Origin: a virus
DNA length: 64,000 bases
Strand: one strand, 5' to 3'
IMG/VR virus record: IMGVR_UViG_3300044615_000494
Position 1 is the first letter of the stretch. Each line of letters begins with the position of its first letter. Below are positions 27,232 through 36,949 of the stretch, one piece after another. The notes below the pieces were generated by a model that did no database searches, was not told the DNA's origin, and worked only from the letters and a program-made list of their open reading frames with translations. The translations under genes were made by a program, and so were the position numbers.

Positions 27232-27855
27232 ATGAGAGTTAAAGTATACAATGACAGCATAATTCATTTGATGTTTCCTAATCAAAAGGAACTCACTATG
27301 ACTTTATCTAGACCTCAAGAATTCTATGAAAGCAATAATTCAAAGTTGCGTAATAGAATTTTCACGTATGAACAATTCATAGATCATCATACACAAAAAG
27401 ACGGGTGTTTTGACTACTTCAGTTTTTGGGGTGGTTTTAATATACCTGGGCATATCTTAGAAGACTTCTTTGACGTTTTTGAATTGACCCAACGTGAAGC
27501 AGCGGTTAGGAAAATTACTAAGAGATACAAGCGAAAGCCTTACTATCTGATCGGTACGTTAGCAAAAGATGATGAGACGATGGTTCACGAACTACTACAT
27601 GCTCATTATTATTTGGATCCTGTGTATAAACAACAGGTAGATGTGCTAGTGAGGTCTATGAGTAAGACTCTAAGAGTAGAACTGACCACTGCGTTAAAAA
27701 CAATGGGTTATGCTAACCATGTGATAACGGACGAAATAAATGCGTACATGGCTAGTAGTAAATATAAGTACTTAAAAGAGGAATTAGAATTAGATGTTAC
27801 GAGGGCTGATATGAAGCCATTCGTAGAGTTGATGAAGACAATAATGCGGCGGTAG
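27232..27855 (+). CDS. hypothetical protein with HELLH zincin-like motif; stop codon inside tRNA-Gly
   Basis: GAGGA SD; RPQEFYES, WGGFNIPG, HELLHA, DEINAY. Confidence 0.75.
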   Translation: MRVKVYNDSIIHLMFPNQKELTMTLSRPQEFYESNNSKLRNRIFTYEQFIDHHTQKDGCFDYFSFWGGFNIPGHILEDFFDVFELTQREAAVRKITKRYKRKPYYLIGTLAKDDETMVHELLHAHYYLDPVYKQQVDVLVRSMSKTLRVELTTALKTMGYANHVITDEINAYMASSKYKYLKEELELDVTRADMKPFVELMKTIMRR

Positions 27856-27919
27856 TTTAATGGTAGAATGAGAGCCTTCCAAGCTCACGACAAGGGTTCG
27901 ATTCCCTTTCGCCGCTCCA
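27846..27919 (+). tRNA. trnG: tRNA-Gly(TCC)
   Basis: CTTCCAA loop, U73 CCA. Confidence 0.93.
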
Positions 27920-27926
27920 AACAAAG

Positions 27927-28175
27927 GTGAATTTTATGATGGATAGCAAACAAATGGCACTACAATATCTCATGGATTCGTGTGATGATATGGCTAGTGC
28001 TTGCGAGAAGAATTTAAAGTCGCTCGACAAGAAAAAGACCTTAAGAGATTTAGAACGAAATTTTGGTAACTTGCTAGCAAGTATTAAAGAAGTAGTCGAA
28101 GCATATAAGTTAGATGAGAACAAAGTTTTTTCCGAAGTAGAGAACTCTATACAAAAACGCAAAGAATCAATCTGA
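27927..28175 (+). CDS. hypothetical coiled-coil protein
   Basis: 82 aa helical ORF. Confidence 0.6.
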   Translation: MNFMMDSKQMALQYLMDSCDDMASACEKNLKSLDKKKTLRDLERNFGNLLASIKEVVEAYKLDENKVFSEVENSIQKRKESI

Positions 28176-28181
28176 CTTGGT

Positions 28182-29315
28182 ATGAAGATTCTGCGTAAGA
28201 TAGTCAACATGGATAGTATGCTTTATGATGAGCATAGCCATGACATTTTTGAGAAACATGATCATTTCTTTCAACTAGATGATCGCTGGGAATATGTCGA
28301 TAATATAGAAGACGCAGACATAGTTCCTATATTACCAGCCGGAAAACCTAAACTTGATAAATGCTCACTTAGATTGAGAGACGATCAAGTACTATGTATG
28401 TTGATGTACTATTTGATAGATGATCACCATGATATATCATTTTTTGAAAATGTGCTAGAATACGCGGGGCATATAGCCAAAAATGTATTGATAGTGCATA
28501 AAAATAGTTTATTTAAAAATCATGTTCACGATAACATCGTGCATTATGATTCTATGTTTAGTATCACTAAGATGTGTTTTACCGAATATGAAAACTATGA
28601 TTTTACAGACCGTATTTGGAATCTATATTCACATAATGATACATATCGTTTACCGGATATAAAAAAGAATCTAACTAAAAAATTTATGTGTCCTACGTAT
28701 GTCTATCAACCATATACACATGCTAGGATGATCTATAGAGCAAAAGTTAGAGAAATCATAGAACCATATAAAGAATATGGTTATGTGAGTACAGATAAAG
28801 TCAAATTGATGCCTAATAGTCCGGTGACTGACCTCATGCTGAATAATATGATGAATAGTACTACTATACAATGGTATCCGGTCAGCGATGAATTATATAA
28901 CTCATCCTGTATCTCAGTTGTATGCGAGACTATAACGGGTTTATGCAATGAGGATAAAAAATATAATAAAGTTCAATGTGTCACAGAGAAAACACTAGAA
29001 CCATTGGCAAAAGGTAATTTCATATTACCATTTGGATATCCCGGATTGATACAAGATGTATTAGCATATGGGTTCAAATTACCAGAATGGATAGATTATT
29101 CATATGACGATTTACATGACATAGATAAACGATTTAACAAGTTCAAAACGATATTAGATAATTTATTAGGTAACATCTCTGTAGACAGATTACAAAAGTT
29201 TTGTGAAAGAGATATAGATATATTAGAACACAATAAACGGGTATTTTACTCTAGACCTTATGATAATTTATATGATATAATCTTGAGTAAATACAAAGAA
29301 TTATTGCCCAGGTGA
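28182..29315 (+). CDS. glycosyltransferase family 10-like protein; stop codon inside tRNA-Leu
   Basis: SVVCET...VTEKTLEPL..GNFILPFG.PG...L..YGF motif. Confidence 0.6.
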   Translation: MKILRKIVNMDSMLYDEHSHDIFEKHDHFFQLDDRWEYVDNIEDADIVPILPAGKPKLDKCSLRLRDDQVLCMLMYYLIDDHHDISFFENVLEYAGHIAKNVLIVHKNSLFKNHVHDNIVHYDSMFSITKMCFTEYENYDFTDRIWNLYSHNDTYRLPDIKKNLTKKFMCPTYVYQPYTHARMIYRAKVREIIEPYKEYGYVSTDKVKLMPNSPVTDLMLNNMMNSTTIQWYPVSDELYNSSCISVVCETITGLCNEDKKYNKVQCVTEKTLEPLAKGNFILPFGYPGLIQDVLAYGFKLPEWIDYSYDDLHDIDKRFNKFKTILDNLLGNISVDRLQKFCERDIDILEHNKRVFYSRPYDNLYDIILSKYKELLPR

Positions 29316-29382
29316 TGGAATTGGTATACGTGTTGGTCTTAGAAGCCAAATTTTGTGGGTTCGAGTCCCACCCTGGGCACCA
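29306..29382 (+). tRNA. trnL: tRNA-Leu(TAG), short variable loop
   Basis: TTGGT-CTTAGAA-GCCAA arm; 77 nt; body nearly identical to Leu(CAA). Confidence 0.9.
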
Positions 29383-29394
29383 TTATAAGAGAGC

Positions 29395-30792
29395 ATGATG
29401 ATAATCACTAGAGATATAATCAATCGTGATATAAAATATTTCGACCGCACACAATTAAATTTGCATAAGGATTTTGATTTTGCCGGCTTGTCTAGCATGG
29501 TCGATGCATATAAAAATCTATTCATGTCTAAGGGCGCTAGTAAAGGCAAAAGCGTAGTCATAGGCAATCCTGCTAATACGTCACAGATAGCATTAGTATT
29601 AGCATGTGCAGAATTAGGACTCACGATTATGATCGTAGGCAATCCGTTATTGCCGGGCACTAAACCAGAAGACTATATTCGCATGAGAGGTAATATAGAT
29701 TCTAAACTAAAAAAATTGTTACCGATAGATTACTTTATATTAGATAATCAGCAAAGCACAAATAAGTTTGAGGTGTTTAGTGATGTTTGCAGATACACTA
29801 TTCTTATAGAAAATGAGAAATTAGATTACACCCCTAACAACACGATATATGCAGACGATACTACTTTATTGATAAAATGTACTAGTAGCGGTACTACTGG
29901 CGAACCTAAAGTACTATCACATACTCATGCATTCATGTATGAATTAGTACATAGAAATAGCAAGCAATTTTATGGTAATATGGGAATGCTCAGTAATCTT
30001 GCGCACGGTAGCAGTATCGCTGTGTATTTTTTACCGGGACTAGTATCTAAAGATGTAAAAAGTTATTACAACTTACCTAATATTGATCTAGCGACTATAT
30101 CAAAGATACTACACAATCAAAATGCATCATTAGATCATTTGCTTATTCCTTATACAGTGTTCATCGATGATTTTTTTACAACAGATCATAAATTATCAGG
30201 TTGTGTGCTACATACTTTAGGTATGATACGCAAGTCTTGGGTGAAAGAATTGTATAGCGGCAGGATCAAAGACATAGTTAGTATATTTGGAACTAATGAA
30301 ACTTCAGGTCCCTTCTTATTGAATAAAGCGTCTGATCCTGAATTCGCTGAAGATACATATTTTGAGATAGATGATTTTTATAAATTAAATCTATCAGGTA
30401 ATTATGGATTAGAAGTCATAATGCCTATATATGAAACCAGTGTGAGGACACATGATACTTTCTACAAGCAAGGGAATAAATTTGTGCATGTGGGTAGAAG
30501 TAACTTATATCGGATAAATGATTTAGAAATCGATGTCAACAAGTATCAAATAGAAGTTGATAGATTGATAAAAGGTGAAATAATAGTAGACACAAAGAAA
30601 GATAACATCTATCTTGTGATTTGGGAAGATATAGTAGATTTATCTAAAATCGACTACATCAATGCCCGTATGAAGAGTGATAGTAATGGATTGCATTTCA
30701 TATCCAAATATGCAAAGTTAAATTATTCAGATTATCTCAATGGCGTCAAGATCGATAGAGAGACGTTGAGGGAATACTTCCGAAATCTTTAA
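29395..30792 (+). CDS. adenylate-forming (AMP-binding, ANL superfamily) enzyme
   Basis: TSSGTTGEPK P-loop, FGTNETSG, GRSN. Confidence 0.8.
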   Translation: MMIITRDIINRDIKYFDRTQLNLHKDFDFAGLSSMVDAYKNLFMSKGASKGKSVVIGNPANTSQIALVLACAELGLTIMIVGNPLLPGTKPEDYIRMRGNIDSKLKKLLPIDYFILDNQQSTNKFEVFSDVCRYTILIENEKLDYTPNNTIYADDTTLLIKCTSSGTTGEPKVLSHTHAFMYELVHRNSKQFYGNMGMLSNLAHGSSIAVYFLPGLVSKDVKSYYNLPNIDLATISKILHNQNASLDHLLIPYTVFIDDFFTTDHKLSGCVLHTLGMIRKSWVKELYSGRIKDIVSIFGTNETSGPFLLNKASDPEFAEDTYFEIDDFYKLNLSGNYGLEVIMPIYETSVRTHDTFYKQGNKFVHVGRSNLYRINDLEIDVNKYQIEVDRLIKGEIIVDTKKDNIYLVIWEDIVDLSKIDYINARMKSDSNGLHFISKYAKLNYSDYLNGVKIDRETLREYFRNL

Positions 30793-30854
30793 CCAATTCA
30801 CTATACATTCTTGTCCGGGCTAGTTATAATATACACAGTTAATCGGAGAATGTT

Positions 30855-31019
30855 ATGAAAACGGTTACATTTGAAAACATCTTCAATAAAGAGAGGTTCG
30901 AAGTTTTTGGTAAAAAAGATACCAAATTCATCGATGGTATTGAATACTGGAAAGTATTTAAGCAAGGTACCAAGCGTGAAGTATTAGTACGCAAGGATTA
31001 CTTGAAAAAGGTTAAATAA
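30855..31019 (+). CDS. small hypothetical protein (54 aa; not in ORF track)
   Basis: GGAG SD; MKTVTFENIFNKERF...LKKVK*. Confidence 0.65.
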   Translation: MKTVTFENIFNKERFEVFGKKDTKFIDGIEYWKVFKQGTKREVLVRKDYLKKVK

Positions 31020-31036
31020 GAAAGACAGAGGACGAT

Positions 31037-31594
31037 ATGGCAGTTTTAGCACTTGATATCTCAGGAACTCCGCGTCAATGGATCACCAATGATGACGCGA
31101 TCACTTACCATGCCAAGAGAGCAGTTGCCTGGACATTGGGCAACATCGTAGCAAAATATCGCGGTGGAGTTCAAAACGATGGTACAGAGTCATATTTGGA
31201 AACACCTAGTATTATCGCTATCAAGGGCCATGGATTCAACCCCGCAAGGCATGGGCGTGTCGCATTGACTAACCGCACACTGTTCGGTCGTGATCGTCAT
31301 GTTTGTGCATACTGCGGTGGTCATTTCCCTAACGGTAATCACCTTAGCCGGGATCATATCTTACCTAAGAGTCGCGGTGGTGTTGATGACTGGATGAACG
31401 TAGTAACAGCATGTAAGAAATGTAACACTCATAAAGGTAGCAAGACTCTAAAAGAAGCAAAACTTGAATTGATCTATGTGCCATATGCACCTAATCACTT
31501 TGAGAATCTAATCTTACAGAATAGGAACATCCTAGCAGACCAGATGGAATATCTACTGTCAGGGGTACCTAAACATAGTAGGATTATCAATTGA
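31037..31594 (+). CDS. HNH endonuclease (McrA-like)
   Basis: CAYCG, DHILPKSRGG, NVVTACKKCNTHKG. Confidence 0.92.
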   Translation: MAVLALDISGTPRQWITNDDAITYHAKRAVAWTLGNIVAKYRGGVQNDGTESYLETPSIIAIKGHGFNPARHGRVALTNRTLFGRDRHVCAYCGGHFPNGNHLSRDHILPKSRGGVDDWMNVVTACKKCNTHKGSKTLKEAKLELIYVPYAPNHFENLILQNRNILADQMEYLLSGVPKHSRIIN

Positions 31595-32145
31595 GTTTAT
31601 TGTACTCCATATATGGTTATTTTGGACATCTATGCGAAGTCCCGAAAGATGTCCTTGATAACCTGCATGAGAATTACGAATATGTGACGCAAAACGTTCA
31701 TACAAACATGAGGAACACTACTTACAAGCAGTGGTTCCTGCAAGATACAAAGACAGAAGATGTATTTACATATAATGATGCAGATTGGACTGTATGGAAT
31801 GATCAAGACAGGCTTAGACGTACTAAAGATTTTTTCAATCAGTACGTGTCAGAGATATTTCGATTTAGATTTTCGTTCTTAGAAAAAAATAACAGCGTTG
31901 ATTTTCATTCGAAGCACATGTTGCCCAGAATTCATATACCATTGAATGATAACGATTCCTATTTTGAAGTCATAGATGAGAAAGGAAATACGCATTCGTA
32001 TAAATTAGAATATGGACATGCACATTTCATCAATGTGACATATAAACATCGTGTAGTAGGTTCAAACTCTAACGCAAGAAAGAACAGTTTTTTCTGTTTT
32101 AAAGAGTTCTCAGATAGAAAAATCGCAGAGAAGTTTTTAAAATAA
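31591..32145 (+). CDS. Asp/Asn beta-hydroxylase-like cupin/2OG-Fe(II) protein
   Basis: FH..H...RIHIPL...FINVTYKHRVVG. Confidence 0.6.
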   Translation: MSLLYSIYGYFGHLCEVPKDVLDNLHENYEYVTQNVHTNMRNTTYKQWFLQDTKTEDVFTYNDADWTVWNDQDRLRRTKDFFNQYVSEIFRFRFSFLEKNNSVDFHSKHMLPRIHIPLNDNDSYFEVIDEKGNTHSYKLEYGHAHFINVTYKHRVVGSNSNARKNSFFCFKEFSDRKIAEKFLK

Positions 32146-32159
32146 TATATAGTATAGAA

Positions 32160-32235
32160 GCCCACTTAGCACAGCTGGTAGTGCAACTGATTTGTAATCA
32201 GTAGGTCGGCGGTTCGAATCCGTCAGTGGGCACCA
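32160..32235 (+). tRNA. trnT: tRNA-Thr(TGT)
   Basis: ACTGA-TTTGTAA-TCAGT arm, CCA. Confidence 0.95.
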
Positions 32236-32240
32236 TTTTT

Positions 32241-32870
32241 ATGATCATAAATACAGAAAATTTTCGCAGGATAGTAGGGGCAAAGATAGTAGGCTTTGAC
32301 CCCTATTGTCGTTATGCTAGGGAAAGACATATAGCATACGTGCATATTCCTAAAAACGCTAGCAAGATAATCATGGCTGCATTGAATGATTATACGGATA
32401 TAGTACTTGAAGATAGAAATCCAGTTGATGTACAATTAGAAGACCCTGATGCTAGGTTTATAGTAGTGTTGCGCAACCCATTAGAAAGATGGTATAGTGG
32501 TATACTACAGTACCTAGAAAATATCAATTATCGTGAAGGACTTAAGAATCCTAAAGTGTTGCGCATGATATGTGACGGCTTAGATTTTGATGTACATACA
32601 CAATTGCAGATAGACAAGTTAGATGGGTTAGATACAGACCGTTGTGTATTTTTCAATGCTGATGATTCATCCTTCAATCAAAAACTGATAGACTTTTTCA
32701 GCAAAGAGTTAGACTACGAGATAAAACTTCCGGAAAAAACGGTTAGTTATGATATAGATAATCTAAACTATATCAGAGATTTTATTAGAGAGAATCCTGA
32801 GACATTAGAAAAGATCAAAAAGTATTATAAACCCGATTTTATGCTGTTTGATAAAGTAGCATTTGTATAA
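32241..32870 (+). CDS. sulfotransferase family 2-like protein
   Basis: VHIPKNAS (5'-PSB), VLRNPLERWYSG (3'-PB), YYKPDF. Confidence 0.75.
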   Translation: MIINTENFRRIVGAKIVGFDPYCRYARERHIAYVHIPKNASKIIMAALNDYTDIVLEDRNPVDVQLEDPDARFIVVLRNPLERWYSGILQYLENINYREGLKNPKVLRMICDGLDFDVHTQLQIDKLDGLDTDRCVFFNADDSSFNQKLIDFFSKELDYEIKLPEKTVSYDIDNLNYIRDFIRENPETLEKIKKYYKPDFMLFDKVAFV

Positions 32871-32961
32871 GTTTTGTACTATACAAAAACTATACTTTTT
32901 GGCCTGGCTGTATAAATAGACTTGACACGGGGACGTGTCCATGCAGTACAGGAGTAGTACA

Positions 32962-33207
32962 ATGAAGAAGATAGCAGTAGCAACATTGGCTTTGTTTTCG
33001 ACTCTAGCATTCGCTCAGGATCGTGTAGCAAAGTTTGATAGAGATGAAGACGGCAAAGTAGATATAGTAGAGTTAAGAAAGTCGTGCGATGTATCACACA
33101 ATCTGTTCGAAAAAGCAGACAAGAACGGTGATGGTGCATTGAGCAATTCTGAGATGAGAACAGCCAAGGCTTATCTCTTCACCAAATGCGATGAGAAAGT
33201 TGCTTAA
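32962..33207 (+). CDS. secreted EF-hand protein
   Basis: Signal peptide; DRDEDGKVD and DKNGDGALS EF-hand loops; GGAG SD. Confidence 0.8.
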   Translation: MKKIAVATLALFSTLAFAQDRVAKFDRDEDGKVDIVELRKSCDVSHNLFEKADKNGDGALSNSEMRTAKAYLFTKCDEKVA

Positions 33208-33234
33208 TTTAACAACCATCCTCCAGAGGGTTGT

Positions 33235-33262
33235 AGGGCGGTAGCGATATCGCCCTTTTTTA
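33235..33262 (+). terminator. intrinsic terminator
   Basis: AGGGCG...CGCCCT followed by T tract. Confidence 0.65.
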
Positions 33263-33300
33263 TTGCATTAGTTTTAAATTAATATATAATGAATATAGTT

Positions 33301-33377
33301 CGGAGTGTAGCACAGCCTGGTAGTGCGTCTGCTTTGGGAGCAGAAGGTCCAAGGTTCGAATCCTTGTACTCCGACCA
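33301..33377 (+). tRNA. trnP: tRNA-Pro(TGG)
   Basis: C1-G72, TTTGGGA loop, ACCA. Confidence 0.95.
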
Positions 33378-33389
33378 GTTTTACAATTT

Positions 33390-33464
33390 GCGGGATTAAC
33401 TCAGTGGTAGAGTAGCGCCTTTACACGGCGAATGTCGGGAGTTCGACCCTCTCATCCCGCACCA
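33390..33464 (+). tRNA. trnV: tRNA-Val(TAC)
   Basis: TTTACAC loop, ACCA. Confidence 0.93.
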
Positions 33465-33465
33465 A

Positions 33466-34512
33466 TCAACTAAAGTCCTCATATGTGTCATCTCTCACAG
33501 TATCAAGGGTGGCGCAATGAGGACCACCGCTTAATGTGCGGCAATGACGCATACGAACCGGCATTATATCAAAACCGTTCGCTTCTAGTTGTTTTATGAG
33601 ATTAGTCTGACGCTCTTCTACAGCGATGAGTTTATCACTGAGGCTGAGGATGTTCATGCCTAACCAAGGACTTGCAGCCGCCCAATGCTCTTCATATGGA
33701 GTCTCAATCGGATCCGCCGCATAGATTTTCTTCCATGATTTAAAGAAAGAGGGAAGGTTATTCTCATTGACACGCTTAGGATTTAATAATACCGTTCCTG
33801 CCGCTAGCGGCATTATAGTAGTATCTAAATGCACATAAGCATAAACGTTAGTTAGCATATGAACACGATACTTATCGCCCAATGTAGACTGTAACCACTC
33901 AGCACCAAACTTGTTACCTGAGTTGCTTACTAGATAGAATAGATCCTTACCGCATTTAATGACGTTTGCCGCATCAAATGCAGGCTCAAACTCAGTTAGT
34001 GTATTGCGACTTAGATCCGTGCGATCATATAGTTGATCCAATAATTCTGGTTTAGGAGCACTGATCCAACGGCTGCCGTTCTTAAGATATTTTTTGAATA
34101 TGTCTCTATATGCTAACGTTTCAAAGTAACGTGCGCGTAAAGGCATAGGAGTCTCAATCAATGTGTCGCCCACTACTAACACGCTGTCTCTAGGACAGTA
34201 TAGATAATAGCCGTCACTTTTCCAATCTGGACTACCGAACTCTCTAGCACAATTCCTGATATCAGGACGTAATACATTGACACCTATATTTTCAAGTTGT
34301 TGCTTGAATACTTCTAGGTCTTCAATCGTTTCTTCACGAATTTTTTGTGAGTAGAATCCTCCCGGAAGATTATCTATAGCATCGTAGTTAGCATAATCTA
34401 CGCAATGTATATCATGGTTCTTGATAGTAGGTATCTGCGCAAACTCGGCTCTACCTAGTATGACTTCTTTTAGTCTGCCCCATTCTGTGTTGCTATTAAC
34501 TTTGTTTTCCAT
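33466..34512 (-). CDS. amidinotransferase (glycine / inosamine-phosphate amidinotransferase family)
   Basis: EWGRLKEVILG, YCPRD, FDAANV, HLDTT, SGGPHCATLD catalytic Cys. Confidence 0.9.
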   Translation of the reverse strand: MENKVNSNTEWGRLKEVILGRAEFAQIPTIKNHDIHCVDYANYDAIDNLPGGFYSQKIREETIEDLEVFKQQLENIGVNVLRPDIRNCAREFGSPDWKSDGYYLYCPRDSVLVVGDTLIETPMPLRARYFETLAYRDIFKKYLKNGSRWISAPKPELLDQLYDRTDLSRNTLTEFEPAFDAANVIKCGKDLFYLVSNSGNKFGAEWLQSTLGDKYRVHMLTNVYAYVHLDTTIMPLAAGTVLLNPKRVNENNLPSFFKSWKKIYAADPIETPYEEHWAAASPWLGMNILSLSDKLIAVEERQTNLIKQLEANGFDIMPVRMRHCRTLSGGPHCATLDTVRDDTYEDFS

Positions 34513-36305
34513 TTTTTTGTCCTTCTCCCTCGGTGGTATATGGCCTTGCAAAAATCTTGAAACCCTTCAATCTTTTCTGCTGACACAGTAAATTCATCAG
34601 TAGTATATGGATAGTCACGATCATGGCGTATCAGTGCATGATCATTTAGTTCGACATATTTTAAATACTCGCTACCGTATATATCTTCTATAAATTGTTT
34701 TAACGTTTTCAAATATTCATCACGATGTTTTTCAAATACTATAGCACTGGCACTCTCATATTCCCAATAAAAATCATTATCTCCAAATATCTGTCTGCCC
34801 CAGAATCCATTATTATCGAGCGTGTCTCGCAATGATTTTTTCGTGATATCATATTCTTTATTGACTATATTATCAGATCCTTTTATGTATTCATAGAATG
34901 CTTTGTATACCTTGCTTCTTCCTATATGTAAGTCTTTGCTTAACTTCTCTGCTACGATATTAGCCCATCCTAGGCTATGCATAGTGATCATGAAATACTT
35001 GAATAAGAATCCTTCTATATAATCATCATAACTCATAGTGCTATGAGAGATGACATATTTTCCTATCTCTAATGGTAAATCTTTATTTCTGTGCGCAAAG
35101 AAACTGACTTGTGGAGTGTATGCAAATTTCAAATCGTGTTTCTTGATATAAACAGGATCGCTGAATTCAGTATTCTCATATGCTTCTAACGGGTGTCCAA
35201 ATATCCATCCTTCTGGATTAATATCGATCACATAACTGATACCTTCTATCCAACTGTCTAATGTTTCACCCGGCAGCCCTAGTATGAAATCATGATATGT
35301 GGGTATGCCTAGATCGATATACTTTTTAGCGATCTCTTCTAGTCTGTCATTTGCTATATTGATGCGTTTGATATTACCCAATGCAGTTTTATTTTGTGAT
35401 TGTAGTGCTAACGTCACTCCGCCACGATTCATGCTATCTAATATCTTGCTCATCTCAAGCAAACGCTCAGGGCTATTCTTAGCCCATGTAGCATTGATCT
35501 TTTCGGGAAAACCGTTCTCGCCGTGTTTTTGTTTAATGTATTTTACTAAATCTAAGTCTCTAGGAAATATTCCAAAATTTGCATCTGCCACTTCAACATA
35601 TTCTATCTTACGCTCACTGAACCAGTCGATCTCTTTGATCAATCTTTCAGTCTCAAAGATATAGACTTTGTTGTAGTAATCAGCACCTAGATCACAGAAT
35701 GTACAGTGATATGGACAACCTCTATGCGTTTCCCATACAGGCATGAAATTATAATGTGGGTATCGCACAAAGAACTGATCGAATATACCTTCTAGATATG
35801 GGCTAGGAATCTGTGCTAGATCAGTTTTTCTTATGCGGGTTGCAGTCTTGTAATACTGATCATCTTTGATGTATGCTAGACCATTGACATTACTTAAATC
35901 TGTTTTATTTGCTATAGCAGATAACAGTTCATGTATCGTCTCTTCACCTTCGCCCCACATGCTGACATCAATGTAATCATGTTCTCTTAGATATGATTCA
36001 TGTTGTTGCGCGTTAGGTCCGCCTATACCTATGAATACGTTAGGATATAGTTTTTTCAGTTCTTTAGCAATAGATAGATGGTATGTCGTGTTCCAGCCAT
36101 AGTTACTAAACAATATTATATCGGGATCCTTGACCTTTTCAATGTAGTCTTTTACAGGAAGTTTTTCAAAAAAGATATCAGACAATATGTAATTGTCTTT
36201 TATCTCATTAAATTGACTAGCGTATGTCCATAGTATACCTGAACTATAAGGCAAGTATATACTATTGCCGTAACTTTCCTGGCATTGAAAAAAATATAAA
36301 TTCAT
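34470..36305 (-). CDS. cobalamin-binding radical SAM protein
   Basis: N-terminal B12-binding region (SNYGWN, GGPN, WGEGEET), ETHRGCPYHCTFC, DANFG, ILGLPGET. Confidence 0.9.
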   Translation of the reverse strand: MNLYFFQCQESYGNSIYLPYSSGILWTYASQFNEIKDNYILSDIFFEKLPVKDYIEKVKDPDIILFSNYGWNTTYHLSIAKELKKLYPNVFIGIGGPNAQQHESYLREHDYIDVSMWGEGEETIHELLSAIANKTDLSNVNGLAYIKDDQYYKTATRIRKTDLAQIPSPYLEGIFDQFFVRYPHYNFMPVWETHRGCPYHCTFCDLGADYYNKVYIFETERLIKEIDWFSERKIEYVEVADANFGIFPRDLDLVKYIKQKHGENGFPEKINATWAKNSPERLLEMSKILDSMNRGGVTLALQSQNKTALGNIKRINIANDRLEEIAKKYIDLGIPTYHDFILGLPGETLDSWIEGISYVIDINPEGWIFGHPLEAYENTEFSDPVYIKKHDLKFAYTPQVSFFAHRNKDLPLEIGKYVISHSTMSYDDYIEGFLFKYFMITMHSLGWANIVAEKLSKDLHIGRSKVYKAFYEYIKGSDNIVNKEYDITKKSLRDTLDNNGFWGRQIFGDNDFYWEYESASAIVFEKHRDEYLKTLKQFIEDIYGSEYLKYVELNDHALIRHDRDYPYTTDEFTVSAEKIEGFQDFCKAIYHRGRRTKKWKTKLIATQNGAD

Positions 36306-36949
36306 CCTAGATAACTGTTGAATATTGTTTGTTGGCTCAAGTCTGTATATGCTTCGTTAGACCCGGTGTCAGGATTATAATCTGGCAGTTCGTCTAATTT
36401 TAATATGCCTATCGCGGCATCTTCAGGAGTCATATACATATGATACCCTATACAGGCTAATTGATCATTTTTGTATAATACTTCTTTGTGTCTACCATCA
36501 TAGATCATGGGTCTGCACCAGTCTACGAATTGCTTATCATTAGTTAATATCACACCACCGCGACCTATCTTTAATGTTTTACGATGATGAAAACTCACGC
36601 AATAATATGAATCAGGTATGTACATATCCTTACAGAATCTTGTAGCACCATCTACTACGGGCGTGTTACCTAAGCAGTATTCGCCTGACCATTTCTTATC
36701 TATGAATCTGATCTTGTTGCCTGAATGTATGATCTGCATTGGTACAGATGCATAAGTATTTTTTGGTATCTCAATTACTGTATCTTTTATATCAAGATAC
36801 TTTAAACACAAGTATAATGCATTACTGCAACTATCAAGGCACACAGCATATTTTGACCCAGCATACTGCGCTAACTTGTCTTCAAATAAAGTAACGATGT
36901 CCCAAGGATCTTTGAATGTGTAACCTTTATTTGTGAGTTGGGATATCAT
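36302..36949 (-). CDS. short DegT/DnrJ/EryC1/StrS-family PLP aminotransferase
   Basis: FEDKLAQYAGSKYAV..DSCSNAL, SFHHRKTL.IGRGG. Confidence 0.85.
   Translation of the reverse strand: MISQLTNKGYTFKDPWDIVTLFEDKLAQYAGSKYAVCLDSCSNALYLCLKYLDIKDTVIEIPKNTYASVPMQIIHSGNKIRFIDKKWSGEYCLGNTPVVDGATRFCKDMYIPDSYYCVSFHHRKTLKIGRGGVILTNDKQFVDWCRPMIYDGRHKEVLYKNDQLACIGYHMYMTPEDAAIGILKLDELPDYNPDTGSNEAYTDLSQQTIFNSYLG

Noticed and set aside
31037-31594. HNH and GIY-YIG genes as intron-borne homing endonucleases
   Set aside because: Both are free-standing, with no interrupted host gene or intron structure around them
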